Source of the DNA: Bugula neritina
Lineage: Eukaryota > Animalia > Bryozoa
Length of the DNA: 64,000 nucleotides
Assembly (NCBI GenBank): GCA_964035545.1
Contig: OZ037765.1
Coordinates: 32,177,504 to 32,241,503 of the forward strand
Direction of reading: 5' to 3'
Part shown: positions 25,493 to 40,539 of the stretch, one piece after another
Numbering within the stretch: position 1 is the stretch's first letter
Layout of the letters: each line of letters begins with the position of its first letter
The notes under the pieces: model-generated
Seen by the model: only the letters and a program-made list of their open reading frames with translations
What the model was told of the DNA's origin: nothing
Database searches by the model: none
Position numbers and translations under genes: made by a program

Positions 25493-26619
25493 TTTGTTCA
25501 GCTGTTTTGTGCCAATACTTATAGTATTATTAGTCAAGTATTTTCTATAAACTGTTAGTCTATTTTTATGTGTTTATTTTGATGAATTGTTATCAGCAAA
25601 GTTTCTTTCAGTATTCACTGCACATGCTTATACTATAATTTATTTTTGTCTACATACTAAGATTAGTAAGTTATTAAGAAAGCCTAAACCAATAATGTTT
25701 GACTAGTCTTATTGGAATCATTTTCTGAAACTAATCAGCCATGTATGGCTTGGTCTAGGGTATGCGTCCCAATATTTAAATTCATCCTGTCTTTCATATT
25801 ACTGTGTGAAGCTGGTTGATTCGGTGGCCATAAAAGGCATTAACATCTGGTCTAACTTGAGAAAACTGCATTTTCCTGCTTTTGTTACTTTTCTGTTTAG
25901 TTTCCGAGATTTATATAATCTTGACCTTCATCGAATTGTTTATCTAGAATTATTACTGCCAGACAATCTTTCTGTACCCAGCTAGCAGCTAATTTATCAT
26001 ATCTTATATTTTTGTAATGAACGAAAATGTTACTCCGAATAGCTATACAGGGATTTTGTTACAACGGTTTGTTGAATCTATAATATTGTGGAATATATTG
26101 ATGTGTGGCTGGTTACCATTTGCTCTGCCATTTTTCATCTGCTTATTAAGTTATGTAAAATATATAAGCAGCCCTTTTAATATTGGTTATATCAACCATG
26201 CATTTCAGTTCTATAAATGTGAAAGTGCAAATGTTTATTAGCAATAAGTTATATGGGTTTTATTTTGCTTTAAATATGCTGGGTTTTACAACTTACTATG
26301 ACTTGTGTCAACATCTTCATTGTGATAGCAAATTTGTTAGATGAGTCGAGCCGTAAAATTATTTGTAATTATTAGTTTATGTTATATTCAAGAGTGATTT
26401 ATAATTTACTAATAAATTATTGATGCAAGTACTTGAGCTTTTGATTATTCATATCCAGCACCTCTAAATATTTATATTTCATAGTACAGGCTGTAGTAGA
26501 AGGTATTGAATTTTTTAAACTGAACATAGGGGAGTATTTATATTTTTATAAGAAAACAATAGCACAAATTTGGATGCACATTATTTACAATATATTACAA
26601 AGTAGGTAATTGTTATTCT

Positions 26620-26802
26620 GATACTACCCCAATGCCGTGATTGGTTACTGAGATTACCCCAATGCCGTGATTGGTTACTGAGATTACCCCAATGCCGTGA
26701 TTGGTTACTGAAATTATCCCAACGCTGTGATTGGTTACTGAAGATATTCCAATACTGTGATTGGTTACTGAAGATATTCCAATGCTGTGATTGGTCACTG
26801 GG
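26620..26802. repeat. 30-bp tandem repeat x6 in the L3MBTL 3' UTR
   Basis: CCAATGCCGTGATTGGTTACTGAGATTACC and variants, starting ~30 nt after the stop codon. Confidence 0.95.
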
Positions 26803-26833
26803 ATTAGTTCTATAGTGCATAGATATGGCTGAG

Positions 26834-29800
26834 TCAGTCCATGCCAAGTTTATGGCGCAGAACCTGGACACTTGTGTGAATCTTTAATGCTGCTCCAAGT
26901 TTTAGCTTTAGCATGTGAATAATATCTGCCCTTTGCAACATCAGGAAGGCCATACCATCAATATCCTGTACAAATGTAACCAGTAACCTGATTGGCTCAA
27001 AATCTGAGAACACATGATATATACAAGTATTTAAGTAAACACCAACATATATTGAGAAAACTGAATTGTCACGGAGTTAGCTTCTATACTCGCGTATAAT
27101 ATTTGAGACTGCTTTTCTTACCTCTTCTGCAAAGATCTCCAGCTGTGAGCTGTTGAGTCGCTGGACAGTCTGAGCTACAAACTTGGTCACCTGTTCACTG
27201 GACCACTGAGGAACTTCCTTCGGGTTTACGTCCGACACAGCCGGGACTAAATATTCTAGAAGATTCATGTTGGGTAGACCTTCTCTCCTTACTTTACTCG
27301 GTGAGGGGAACACTGAGTCATACACGGCATCCTGTATTTTCATATTACCCTCGGCTACAAACACACAGTTTATTCTCATAGAATACAATCACTTTAAATG
27401 CGTAGTCTACACTTTAAATACTAACGCCAGTTGTATATTTTATAGAAAACTATGCATAATTTGCCAATACTTGTTGCAAATAAAATAATGCATAAACAGT
27501 GTACAGGCGATATAATTTATAACCCAAAACCATTCATGAAATCAAGATTTAGGAAATTATTGAACATAGATCCAATAAGCTACACATGATAAGACAAGTC
27601 CAAAATTATTGGCACCAGTATTTACAATTGCCAAGTTTTGTTGAGCATTTAATTAAACTAAATCATCAAATTTCTGTTTTTCTAACATGAATCAAATTGG
27701 TATGAAAAATATATGTTTATAGCAATGAACTCACTAGCTAAATAAGTGTATAATGTCTGATTTGAATAATCAACAACGATGCTCTTTGCATTCTAGAGCC
27801 CCGAGGTTAGAAGTCGCTGCCTTAGTAAGTAATGCTGACTATTAGATAACCACTGACCTGCTGAGTCAGCCTGCACTGTGTTGGTGACTGTAGACTTGGT
27901 AGCAGAACTGGACAAGCGAGTGGGCGGGGTTACAATGGGCGGAGTTTCAAGGGGCACGCTAGGTGTAGAGGATTGTCTCCCAGAGCTATGGGAAGTATCT
28001 GACTGGGAAGTTTGTATCGTGTCACATGTCAACGTCTGCGGAGAGCTAATACTTGCCACGGGCCCTGGTGTAGAAGTTTCCATATTAACACTAGCTACTG
28101 TTGTTACTGTAGGGTTGTTTACTTTAGGAGCAATTTTGCTGACTCTCTGGTTTACTGGTTTGCTGCCGCTATTGACCCTGGAGACGCCGATGGTTCTCAT
28201 AAAACTAGTTTTGGCCAATATTTGCTGTTTGTTTACATCGAGGTAGCGCATAAGTTTGTCTTGGTTAGATGTAGCCAGTGGACAGCCAGATACTGAGCTG
28301 TGGGTCGGGTAGCGACCGGTCACGTGACCACTTCCGTCACATCCAGCTGTGGAGCACCGACTAAACCAGAATAATTCACAATAAGTTTAACATCTGCAAT
28401 GCATATTATGATAAATAAATGAGCAGCCAGTTAGCAGACCATCAGTAGAAATTACACCTGCTAAAGCTAGTCATCATCTGCAATAAAAGTAAAAACATGC
28501 CAGCACAGACACTTGCCAATGTCAGTCATCTTTAATATGACAAGTGTCAAAACATAAATTAGTAACAAGCTGGGAGTCATACTATGACCTGTCACAATAT
28601 GACATGTGTCAATATATAAAACTGTGAGTCATGCTGTGGCCTGCCATCAAAGTGTGACTCATACTAGTAGAGACTGTCACATGAGGCAAAGTGAAACAAG
28701 GTGGGAGTCATACCTGGTGTCAGATGCTACAGCAGGTGGAGTGGCATCTTGCGAAGTTACATAGACACCCAGGAAACTGCTGGCCAGTCTTTCAGGCACA
28801 ATGATGTCTTTAGACATATTCATATCGGAATAAGGGCAGCCCACCAGACTAAAAGAAAAGGTTTGCTGAGTTTAACACTCAAATAAATAAATAAATAAAG
28901 TGTTACTAAAATGTTTCTATATTCTTAAAAATAGATTATCACTTTACTGGTGAAAAATTACGATATAAGATTTCGGAATCACAGAATCAGGAAATTATAC
29001 AATAGCTTTTCTAAAATATACCTTTGGTGAGACGAGTATTGAGCACCTTTAACATGGCCGTATCCATAGCACCCAGACGTTGGACAATTACCAGAATAGT
29101 TAGCAATGTGTAGCGGGGTTAAAGGCTGTTGTAGCGGGTGTCCTGTTTTGCTGCACCAACCAATAGGGTGTAAGTCGGGGCAATCTGCATCCTCCCAGTA
29201 ATCATACTTGTTGTCCCACCCACAAAAGTGAATCAATAGCCTGTTTTCCTTCACTTCTAGAACCTCAGCTACACGCACCAATAATGAGTTTCTCTTATCG
29301 ACCGCTTCCAACACCATACCGACTTGAAAGTCCAAGAGTAGAGGCTAAAATAATCACAATAAAAGTACAAGACTGTATATAATGGGGAGATGTGTTTCTA
29401 CTGAAGGGTGGTAACTTACAGTCTGAAAAGCTTCTCTTGGAGCTGGTCTGGAGTTAGTCTCTTGAGTATAACTGTCCCAGGTAAATGTGTCGGGATTTGG
29501 ATATCCGTTGGGAGCCGACAGGATTCTAGCATTTTCTTGGCACCAGCCGACGGGGTGAATATATAAGGAGTTGTAGTAACACCAGTAGTCGTACGCATCT
29601 TCCCATCCGTCAAAGTGTACCAATATTCTATCACCATATACATCCGATACTGTGGCTACACACACTAGACTCTGGTTCTTAACATCTACAGCCTCCAACT
29701 TATCTCCAACTTGAAACTGAGGGCTTTTAGCTTTAAACTGTCAAACCAAAATATTATAAAACTTTATTCATATAGATTATAAAATATAACTCTTTGTAAC

Positions 29801-32800
29801 TCAAGTGCTAGCTAAGAACATGTGCATACATCTGAAGCTTTTTTCAAACAGATTCACCCACGACGAATCAACCACAGTCAGCCATTATATTCTAAAAAAG
29901 CTCCGATAATATCTATTTTATGGAAGTGAATGTCTGCAATCTATTTTTAGCTACTAATATATATCTAGAAAAAAAGTAGAAGAGAAGTGAAATACAATCA
30001 CCTCATCAGTGCACACTACAAAGAGCTTCTTTGGAATAGGTTTTGATCTCGTCAACTGAAAATACTTTTCCCATGTGAATGACTCTTGGTGCACACCTGA
30101 AATAAAAGTCTACAACTTAATTTACGAAAGTGCAATATATGTTTCGCAGCAGAAGTTTAGTGTGAATATCACGCTTGGTCTAAAGCTAGACTTAGAAAAA
30201 AGAATGTTCTGAAAACGTGAGCGTATAAATCGTCGTGTCAAAGACCACGTAAACTAAAGCAACAGCTGTCTAACTAAAGCTCAACTGTATTAGCACAGCA
30301 AGAAATAATTTCAATATTTTCACTATCTCTAAATAACTGGAAAATTTTAATCAGAACACACATATTGCACAACCATAAAGTTACTCGGAGAGAAGATAAC
30401 TCTATATATACACCGTCAGTTCAAAGTTGTGCTCGTTTTCATTTGTCTGGTCTCGAGTAATCAACTATATTGTAGCTAAATGCAACTCGCTATAGCGCTA
30501 AACTAGTTTTATTTAGCAAATACATTTTTTTGCTTTTTCTGCCAACATGCAAACAAAACTTTTTTGGTCAAATTTCAAGAAGCATTCGTATTAAGTTTTC
30601 AGTTCTGCAGAAAGTTCCTGACCTTTAGGAGGTTGAAGAGTTTTCCCATTCTCCTCGCACCAGCCGCACGGGAATATCTGATCTGAATAAGCATTAGTCC
30701 AGAAGTCGTAACACTCCAAGTATCCGTCAAAGTGGAGTCTAATCCTGTGACCTCTGACCTCTTTAACAGTTGTCACGCAGAAGGCGGTTGGATGGAGAGG
30801 GTCGATGGCTTCTAACTTCATACCAACAGTGAAGAGGTTAGAGAAGGAGGGTTCGGGCTGTGAGGAGACAGAGTATTATACGTTATGTCAGAGTTTACCA
30901 AATATTTACACAAAGACTGAGCCAGACATTTTCTGTGTAAATTTGGAGGCCCAGACTAAGAAAATTGAGCAAGAATTGAAGATTTCAAAAATTTAAAAGA
31001 CAAAAGTTTTACTTTCTGGTAACTTTCACAAATAACATCTAGCTAATAGTTGAAATTCTAACTTCTCTGATAAATAGATGCTCCGGGGCAGCTCGCAATC
31101 CCTCCTCAGAAAGAAACTTTTCATAGACAAAAACTTCTGACTTTTGATTCATGTGCAGAAGAGCTGAAATAGTATAAATTACTGAAAACTGCTAGACAAA
31201 GACAATAAGCAGTTGTATAAGCATATAAAAGGATTATTGGACAAAGTTAACCAATCACCACCTTGCAAACATATATGTCTATCATATTCTAAAGTAACAC
31301 TGACATTAGGAGTTGTAAACAAGAAGATAACTCCTAAGAGCTAATGTATTCACAATACTGAGCATATATTGGTTTGTCGTTCAAGTACTACCCCTAAAAA
31401 AATTTACAAAATGTGTGCCTGAGTACAGAAATTTAGTTTAAACTGAAAAATATATCAATTAACCTCTTTTTATAGTTAAGAATATATTAAAAATTTACAG
31501 ATCTCCTATAGCCGTATTTTCAAAGTTGCAAATGACATATTTGCCACACCTGGTGGTAAACTAGTGAAAAATTAAATTAAATTATAAGCATATTCATCAC
31601 AGTGTTTGCTAAAAAAACTATTAGCTTTTTAAATGCAGAATTCACCAGCGAGACGCCAGTTGATGATTTACGATACGACTGCACAACAACTATTGCGTCA
31701 CTCCTCGAGTCGAGAGCACAACTCCAAGTTACTTACGTTTCTTCCCTCTTCTCCCATCAAAACAGTCCATAGTGAAATTCTCCTCATAGGCACTGAGATA
31801 TGAAGCTCTTTTCTTCTTTCTCTTTCCCGGGGCTCTGTGAGAAGTTGTCTGCCCATTGACTGATTTACTTGTAGGTTTGGACTTTGTAGCTGGTACAGCA
31901 TCTCCAAATTCTGATGAACTGTTAGAGGGAGTGCACACCATACCACTATCAAATTATTAATTGTAACACATTACCTCAACTAAAGCTGTAATAATATCTA
32001 TCAAGTAAGCTAATGAAATTCAACAGAGTGACAAAAATATTATTTTATAAGACAACATTCACTTGGTTAATAGCCTGTGCTTTAAAACTAATATGCATGG
32101 AATAACACCATCTTACAGTGAATGTATTGTTTAGTATTACAGCTGCAGCTTACAGGAATTTAAACACCACCTTATACTATAGACATGGGTTATTATATAC
32201 TAGATACTACAATAAAGAAGCTGAAAAGTTGGGCTAGCCAGAGTACACTCAGCTTTGTAAGGGGTGGGTGGAGGTACGTACCCGTGTTGATCAGCACAAG
32301 ACTGAGAACAATATCTATCAGGTAGTATAAACTCAATGGACCTGTCTTTCTTCCCACAGACTAAGCAGGTGGACAGCTGAATCTCTTCATTTGTTGAATC
32401 TGTTTGAAGATTATTTGAATTAATAAGGAATATCATTCAGGAAGATGTGTGGTTAGTATATGACACATGTACTGTAGTTAATACATGACATATGTGGCTA
32501 TAATATAATTATATAACTATTATTAAACATAAAGTGTGAATATATGCATATAATGTTGCATGTAGTAAACACTGGCTATAATATATTGTAGCATAATATA
32601 CATACACTGAATATAATATATTGTAGCATAATATACATACACTGACTATAATATATTGTAGCATAATATACATATACTGGCTATAATATATTATAGCATA
32701 ATATACATATACTGGCTATAATATATTGTAACATAATATACATACACTGACTATAATATATTGTAGCATAATATACATACACTGAATATAATATATTATA

Positions 32801-35800
32801 GCATAATATACATACACTGACTATAATATATTGTAGCATAATATACATATACTGACTATAATATATTGTAACATAATATACATATACTGAATATAATATA
32901 TTGTAGCATAATATACATATACTGACTATAATATATTATAGCATAATATACATATACTGGCTATAATATATTATAGCATAATATACATACACTGACTATA
33001 ATATATTGTAACATAATATACATACACTGACTATAATATATTGTAACATAATATACATATACTGGCTATAATATATTATAGCATAATATACATACACTGA
33101 CTATAATATATTGTAACATAATATACATATACTGACTATAATATATTGTAGCATAATATACATATACTGGCTATAATATATTATAGCATAATATACATAC
33201 ACTGAATATAATATATTGTAACATAATATACATATACTGACTATAATATATTGTAGCATAATATACATATACTGGCTATAATATATTATAGCATAATATA
33301 CATACACTGAATATAATATATTGTAACATAATATACATACACTGACTATAATATATTGTAACATAATATACATATACTGGCTATAATATATTGTAGCATA
33401 ATATACATATACTGGCTATAATATATTGTAACATAATATACATATACTGGCTATAATATATTATAGCATAATATACATACACTGACTATAATATATTGTA
33501 ACATAATATACATACACTGACTATAATATATTGTAACATAATATACATACACTGACTATAATATATTGTAACATAATATACATATACTGGCTATAATATA
33601 TTATAGCATAATATACATACACTGAATATAATATATTATAGCATAATATACATACACTGAATATAATATATTGTAACATAATATACATACACTGAATATA
33701 ATATATTATAGCATAATATACATACACTGACTATAATATATTGTAACATAATATACATACACTGAATATAATATATTGTAACATAATATACATATACTGG
33801 CTATAATATATTGTAACATAATATACATATACTGACTATAATATATTGTAGCATAATATACATACACTGAATATAATATATTGTAGCATAATATACATAC
33901 ACTGACTATAATATATTGTAACATAATATACATACACTGACTATAATATATTGTAACATAATATACATATACTGGCTATAATATATTGTAACATAATATA
34001 CATATACTGGCTATAATATATTATAGCATAATATACATACACTGACTATAATATATTGTAGCATAATATACATACACTGACTATAATATATTGTAACATA
34101 ATATACATACACTGACTATAATATATTGTAACATAATATACATACACTGACTATAATATATTGTAACATAATATACATATACTGACTATAATATATTGTA
34201 ACATAATATACATATACTGGCTATAATATATTGTAACATAATATACATACACTGACTATAATATATTGTAACATAATATACATACACTGACTATAATATA
34301 TTGTAGCATAATATACATACACTGACTATAATATATTGTAACATAATATACATACACTGACTATAATATATTGTAACATAATATACATATACTGGCTATA
34401 ATATATTGTAACATAATATACATATACTGGCTATAATATATTATAGCATAATATACATACACTGACTATAATATATTATAGCATAATATACATACACTGA
34501 CTATAATATATTGTAACATAATATACATACACTGACTATAATATATTGTAACATAATATACATACACTGACTATAATATATTGTAACATAATATACATAT
34601 ACTGGCTATAATATATTATAGCATAATATACATACACTGAATATAATATATTATAGCATAATATACATACACTGAATATAATATATTGTAACATAATATA
34701 CATACACTGAATATAATATATTATAGCATAATATACATACACTGACTATAATATATTGTAACATAATATACATACACTGAATATAATATATTGTAACATA
34801 ATATACATATACTGGCTATAATATATTGTAACATAATATACATATACTGACTATAATATATTGTAGCATAATATACATACACTGAATATAATATATTGTA
34901 GCATAATATACATACACTGACTATAATATATTGTAGCATAATATACATACACTGACTATAATATATTGTAACATAATATACATACACTGACTATAATATA
35001 TTGTAACATAATATACATATACTGACTATAATATATTGTAACATAATATACATACACTGACTATAATATATTGTAACATAATATACATATACTGGCTATA
35101 ATATATTGTAACATAATATACATATACTGGCTATAATATATTATAGCATAATATACATACACTGACTATAATATATTGTAACATAATATACATACACTGA
35201 CTATAATATATTGTAACATAATATACATACACTGACTATAATATATTGTAGCATAATATACATACACTGACTATAATATATTGTAACATAATATACATAC
35301 ACTGACTATAATATATTGTAACATAATATACATACACTGACTATAATATATTGTAACATAATATACATACACTGACTATAATATATTGTAACATAATATA
35401 CATATACTGGCTATAATATATTATAGCATAATATACATACACTGACTATAATATATTGTAACATAATATACATACACTGACTATAATATATTGTAACATA
35501 ATATACATATACTGGCTATAATATATTGTAACATAATATACATACACTGGCTATAATATATTGTAACATAATATACATATACTGGCTATAATATATTATA
35601 GCATAATATACATACACTGACTATAATATATTGTAACATAATATACATATACTGGCTATAATATATTGTAGCATAATATACATACACTGACTATAATATA
35701 TTGTAACATAATATACATACACTGAATATAATATATTGTAGCATAATATACATACACTGACTATAATATATTATAGCATAATATACATACACTGACTATA

Positions 35801-38800
35801 ATATATTGTAGCATAATATACATACACTGACTATAATATATTGTAACATAATATACATACACTGACTATAATATATTGTAACATAATATACATACACTGA
35901 ATATAATATATTGTAGCATAATATACATACACTGACTATAATATATTATAGCATAATATACATACACTGACTATAATATATTGTAGCATAATATACATAC
36001 ACTGACTATAATATATTGTAACATAATATACATACACTGACTATAATATATTGTAACATAATATACATATACTGGCTATAATATATTATAGCATAATATA
36101 CATACACTGACTATAATATATTGTAACATAATATACATACACTGGCTATAATATATTGTAGCATAATATACATACACTGGCTATAATATATTGTAGCATA
36201 ATATACATACACTGACATGCATACATAGCATATGTGTGATTATTACCTGCGGCAGCATTCTGGAGTGAGTGAGATGTACCTGGAGCGGAGACAAGGGAGT
36301 CAGCAGTACCCGCAGCTGCCTAGACATTTAGAACGGGTATAAATTGAATGACACCACACCAACCCTTTAACTAAATTCTATAATTGTCAAGTTACATTGC
36401 ATGTTTATTTTTATTACGTAACTGCTGAACTATATTACATAACTGTTGAACAATATTACATAACTGTTTATTTGTATGACATAATTGTTGAATTTATATT
36501 ACAAAACCATTGAAATATATATTCCATATTCTTCAATTATATTACATAACTGTTGAATTGTATTACATAACTATTGAAATATATTGCAACTTGTGTACTA
36601 TAAACTAGAAAGTGTTTATATAAATAGTGTGCATGTGTAGAGAGGGTTTGCTATAGATAAAGAGAGATACAGTAAGATTCCTCAGAGAGAATATTTTCAG
36701 CCAATAGAATACCTGGCCATTGCCTACACTTGAGGAAGCAAGAAGTTGATCTTTTCTTCCACTCCTTTTAAGGTTCTTCCCTTTCTTCATATTCTATGAG
36801 AGATGTCAGATGGAAATATAAGGAGCATATTATTATGAGGACAGCAAATTAGTGAAACTTCAGATATTTAAACATGTATGGGATAAATATTAGACTAACT
36901 GACAGAAAATTGTAGGATGACTAAAATTGCACCAGCTTAATTAATTAATTAATACGACCAACAATTTCGAGTAAACACACATTGGAGTATTTGGGAACAC
37001 AAAAGACTGCTAAAGTTAGTCTTGTATGTTTGCTGCATGTAGTAATTAAGATAGGTTGCCTGCAGCAACCTGGAATATGGAGAAAATAGGGGGGGGGCAC
37101 CACAACCCCCCTTACTTTCAATATGTAGCCTACTAGAATGTATCAGTAGGCTAAATATAACAAATTCTAGAAAATATAGTTACTTCCACCAAAAAGAAAA
37201 AATAATAACAGTACTTCAGAGTAGGAACACCTGGTTGTAAAACAAGAAATCTACAACCAGATCTTCTGATAAACTAGAGAAGATTTTTAAACTTTTGAAA
37301 TTTCTCATAGCTTCAAAATTAAAGAGCATTGAAAACAATGACTTTATGAAACCATGACTACAATTTGTAATTTTAATGCTATTGATTTACCATCTATTGT
37401 CATTTTCATTGATTGGCAAGCAGCTTATAATAACAGTTTTTTCACTTTGATAAAATAATGTTAAGTTTAATCGGTCCATCTAGAATATTGATTTATATTT
37501 TACCCTCAAGGCTAGATTAGGAAATAAATTGGTTTGGTAAGGATTTAAAAAAACTAAACGACAGTTCAACGTTACTTTTTCTTTAAAAACCAAGTATTTA
37601 GTGCAAAAACAGAGAAAATCTTTATACATTTTAAGAAACCACAATTATTATTGATTTATTAATAGCTGCACATAATTTGAGTGAAACTTATTAGTTAAGG
37701 CTTATGAAGTCTTTGCTAATTCAAACAAATTTACATCCTCTTATCTAATGGGCTCTTATAATTCAGAGGTAGAAACTTGATTCAGCAGATTGTAGATTGA
37801 ATTACTCAAACTGACGTAAAACTAACACAAATAAATACTGCAACAGGGGTTTATAACTAAAAGTTAGGACCTTCACAGTTCTAAAAGTATAAATCACACA
37901 CTTGTGCATAAAGTTTTTTTTTGTAGTATTTCACATTAGTTCAATATCAAAAATCATGTGAATGGAAAAACATATTTGTATCAGTATTACTTATCCCTCT
38001 AAACATTTACTAGATACAACTACCAACACATTGCAAATGGAGTCGTTTACAAACTAATCGAAAAACTAAAGTGATAACTCACTTTGATGCTGCATAAAAC
38101 AGTTAAAGGAGAAAAAAAGTAATAACCAAGCATCAAAAATAAAAATATGTATAATTTTAAAAAACAATATTTTTCAACATTTCTAACCCTATAATGATTT
38201 AGAATCAATTAGACCCGAGCAATTATAAGTTTTACAACCATCAGCATTCAAATAGAAGACTGTGCTAAAAAGCAATAACATGCAAATATCTGAAGGGAAT
38301 TTTAATCATTCTTATTTAAAATCCCAAGTGATAGTAAGCATAACTAATGACAGCCTGCAAAAAAATATTGCAAAAAATTTTCATATGAAGGAGTACAAGT
38401 TAATTTCTAGCAGAAATAATTTAGTCTTGATGTAAAGATTAGAAGAACTTCGGGACAGAAAATAGTGGTGGTAATATTTAGACAAAATTTTAAAGAAATT
38501 ATATAATTTATAGTTGTATAGAAAATTTATTTGGGGCTAAAAACTAAAGTTTAGTTGAGTTTTTAACTGCTAGTTTTGTGATTAAACAACCGTGTTTTGT
38601 TAGAAATTAATTTTGTTACAACTTGCATGTCGAACAAGAAGTTGGAGTTTTTTATAAAACTGTGACTTATGTATTTTTACAACGGAATTGAACTTGAAAA
38701 ACTACAAAACAATATTACTGTTTGTAAACATAAGCTTTCAAATTAGACGTTTTCATATAATAAAAAGTTAAAGGAATTATATTTACTAATCACTATTAAT

Positions 38801-40238
38801 TGCTATTTGAAATACTGTTTGGTAGTAATACTCTATTTTTATTTGAATTGTTTTATCAACTAAAAAAATTCGTTCAACTGTAGAATAAAATTTTCTGTCC
38901 TTTTTGTAAAAAGAGATACCATAAAGACAGCAATTGTAGCTAAAATTTTCGAACGAAGACTATTTTGGTATCATTCAACAAGTTTGTGTCATTACTACTA
39001 CAACTAATGTAGATAGCGTGTGACAGTGTAGAAATTGTAAAATGAGCACAATGACTAGCAGCATTTCTATATAGATGATTTTGTCTTGGACCCCCAAGTG
39101 TAGAAAACAAGCTAACTGAACACAATAGAGTGATAGAAAAAATACATAAATTATAAATAGTTGAAACTTCAATTTGTAACTGCATTGTATAAAACTTAAT
39201 TTGGTGAGAACATTTTTGATTCAATCTATTTTCATACCCATTTACTTAACCTTCTGTGTTAAATGCAAACTGATTGCCACTTACATAATATTTTACAATT
39301 TCCAAGAACTGTCGAATGTTCTAGTGGTAGTTGCTAATAACTGCCTGTAAATATACTTATAGGTAAAAACGACCCACTACTTAACTAAACTCTTGTTAAT
39401 CTTATATTTTAGAAGATAATATGAAACTCAAATTTTAGAACTGGTTTACATGTAACTTCAGCAGCAACAATCTCAATCGTAATGACGAAGCCAACAAATT
39501 GACTTATATCAACATTTGCAACTTGAATTCTAATAATTATAATCAGGTGGTTTCTATGAGCTATAGTGAATAATGATAATCACGCGGTAGAGAAAATTGG
39601 AGATAAAGTCATAAACGATATTCTCACAGTTGCTTATACTTCTAGCTATTGCTTTCTTCAAATTTAGTAACATTCTAAGGCCTATTCAAGTATTCACTTC
39701 TTGGCTAAGTCTTTCACTGATACAGCTTTTGACTTTGAGTAATACTAATAAGTAATTAGTATTAGTATTACTATTACTCGATGAGTCTATTAGTATTACT
39801 ATTAGTATTAGTATTAGTATTAGTATTAGCATTACTGATTACTGATGACAACTTGAACTTACAGCAGAAACATCACTAAAGCTTAGTTGAAATTAGTTTA
39901 ACGTCGCACTAACCAAGTAAAACAAAAGTGTTTAGGCTTGTTATATTACTATAAAGTATAAGCAGACTTGGTTACAAATTCAATTTGTTTAAACTTTAAA
40001 GTTTTAACGGGCGAGAAAAAATTAAAATGCGGTGTGGGTGTTCACGAGTGATTCAAAACGTGTAGCAGCTTGAAAGTACAAATCATTAGTATAAAACGTT
40101 TTACAACTTTAAAAATATTTTCAATGTAAAGGACACAGAACTTGCATGTATATTATATTTTGTAATTGTGTATAGTGTATATGAAAATTAAGGGTACAGT
40201 GTTTTACTTACCAAGTAGCTAAATTGATTGGCGGCCAT
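26834..40238 (-). CDS. L3MBTL: Lethal(3)malignant brain tumor-like protein (FCS finger, 3 MBT repeats, 2 C2HC fingers, SAM)
   Basis: Exons 40212-40238 (MAANQFSYL, in frame with next exon), 36713-36793, 36247-36319, 32282-32399 (CLVC...RYCSQSC), 31737-31945, 31063-31163 (phase of the junction with the previous exon unresolved), 30623-30857, 30002-30096, 29420-29737, 29022-29344, 28714-28848, 27858-28360, 27122-27354, 26834-26965 (TGA). MBT motifs [24 protein letters not shown] with HFDGW..YDYW; [11 protein letters not shown] and [14 protein letters not shown]; SAM WSSEQV...[10 protein letters not shown]...KLGAALKI. Family-level (L3MBTL1/3/4) call only. Confidence 0.92.
32571..36216. repeat. 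3.6-kb intronic satellite, 35-bp unit, ~104 copies
   Basis: Unit CATAYACTGRHTATAATATATTRTARCATAATATA in tandem, between L3MBTL exons 36247-36319 and 32282-32399. Confidence 0.98.
36415..36590. repeat. Degenerate ~21-bp repeat (TAACTGTTGAACTATATTACA)
   Basis: Several tandem copies in an L3MBTL intron. Confidence 0.7.
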
Positions 40239-40400
40239 TTTCATAAAATATGACTATTGGTATAGCAAAGCGAAAGTGTGCGTCACGTGAGCACTCCTGG
40301 TGCAACACTTCTACAGCACAAGGTTTTACCGAAAGATGATCACTGGCGTGGGTTTACCAATACAATTATCTCCATTGCAATTCTATATTATTATAGTTAA
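40230..40400. promoter_or_regulatory. Probable bidirectional promoter for L3MBTL and the GT31 gene
   Basis: CpG-containing patch with GCGTCACGTGAG (E-box/CRE-like) at ~40280 and AAAATGGCCGCC (YY1-like, overlapping the L3MBTL ATG) between divergent genes. Confidence 0.5.
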
Positions 40401-40539
40401 AAACTTTTTCAAGTTCGAGCAGCAAGAAAGCTACAACTTGGCAAGAAATAAATTTAGCATTACGTTTAATATAGGAAGTGCAGCATCAAATTTAAACATA
40501 CCTTAGGCTAAGAGCAAGTCTTGTACTTTGTAGCACTCG

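Noticed and set aside
26620-26802. IRE or Smaug-type elements in the 3' UTR hairpins
   Set aside because: Loops (CACRGY) do not match the CAGUGN or CNGG consensus.
33101-34987. Tyr/Ile-rich ORFs in the ORF track
   Set aside because: Translations of the 35-bp satellite.
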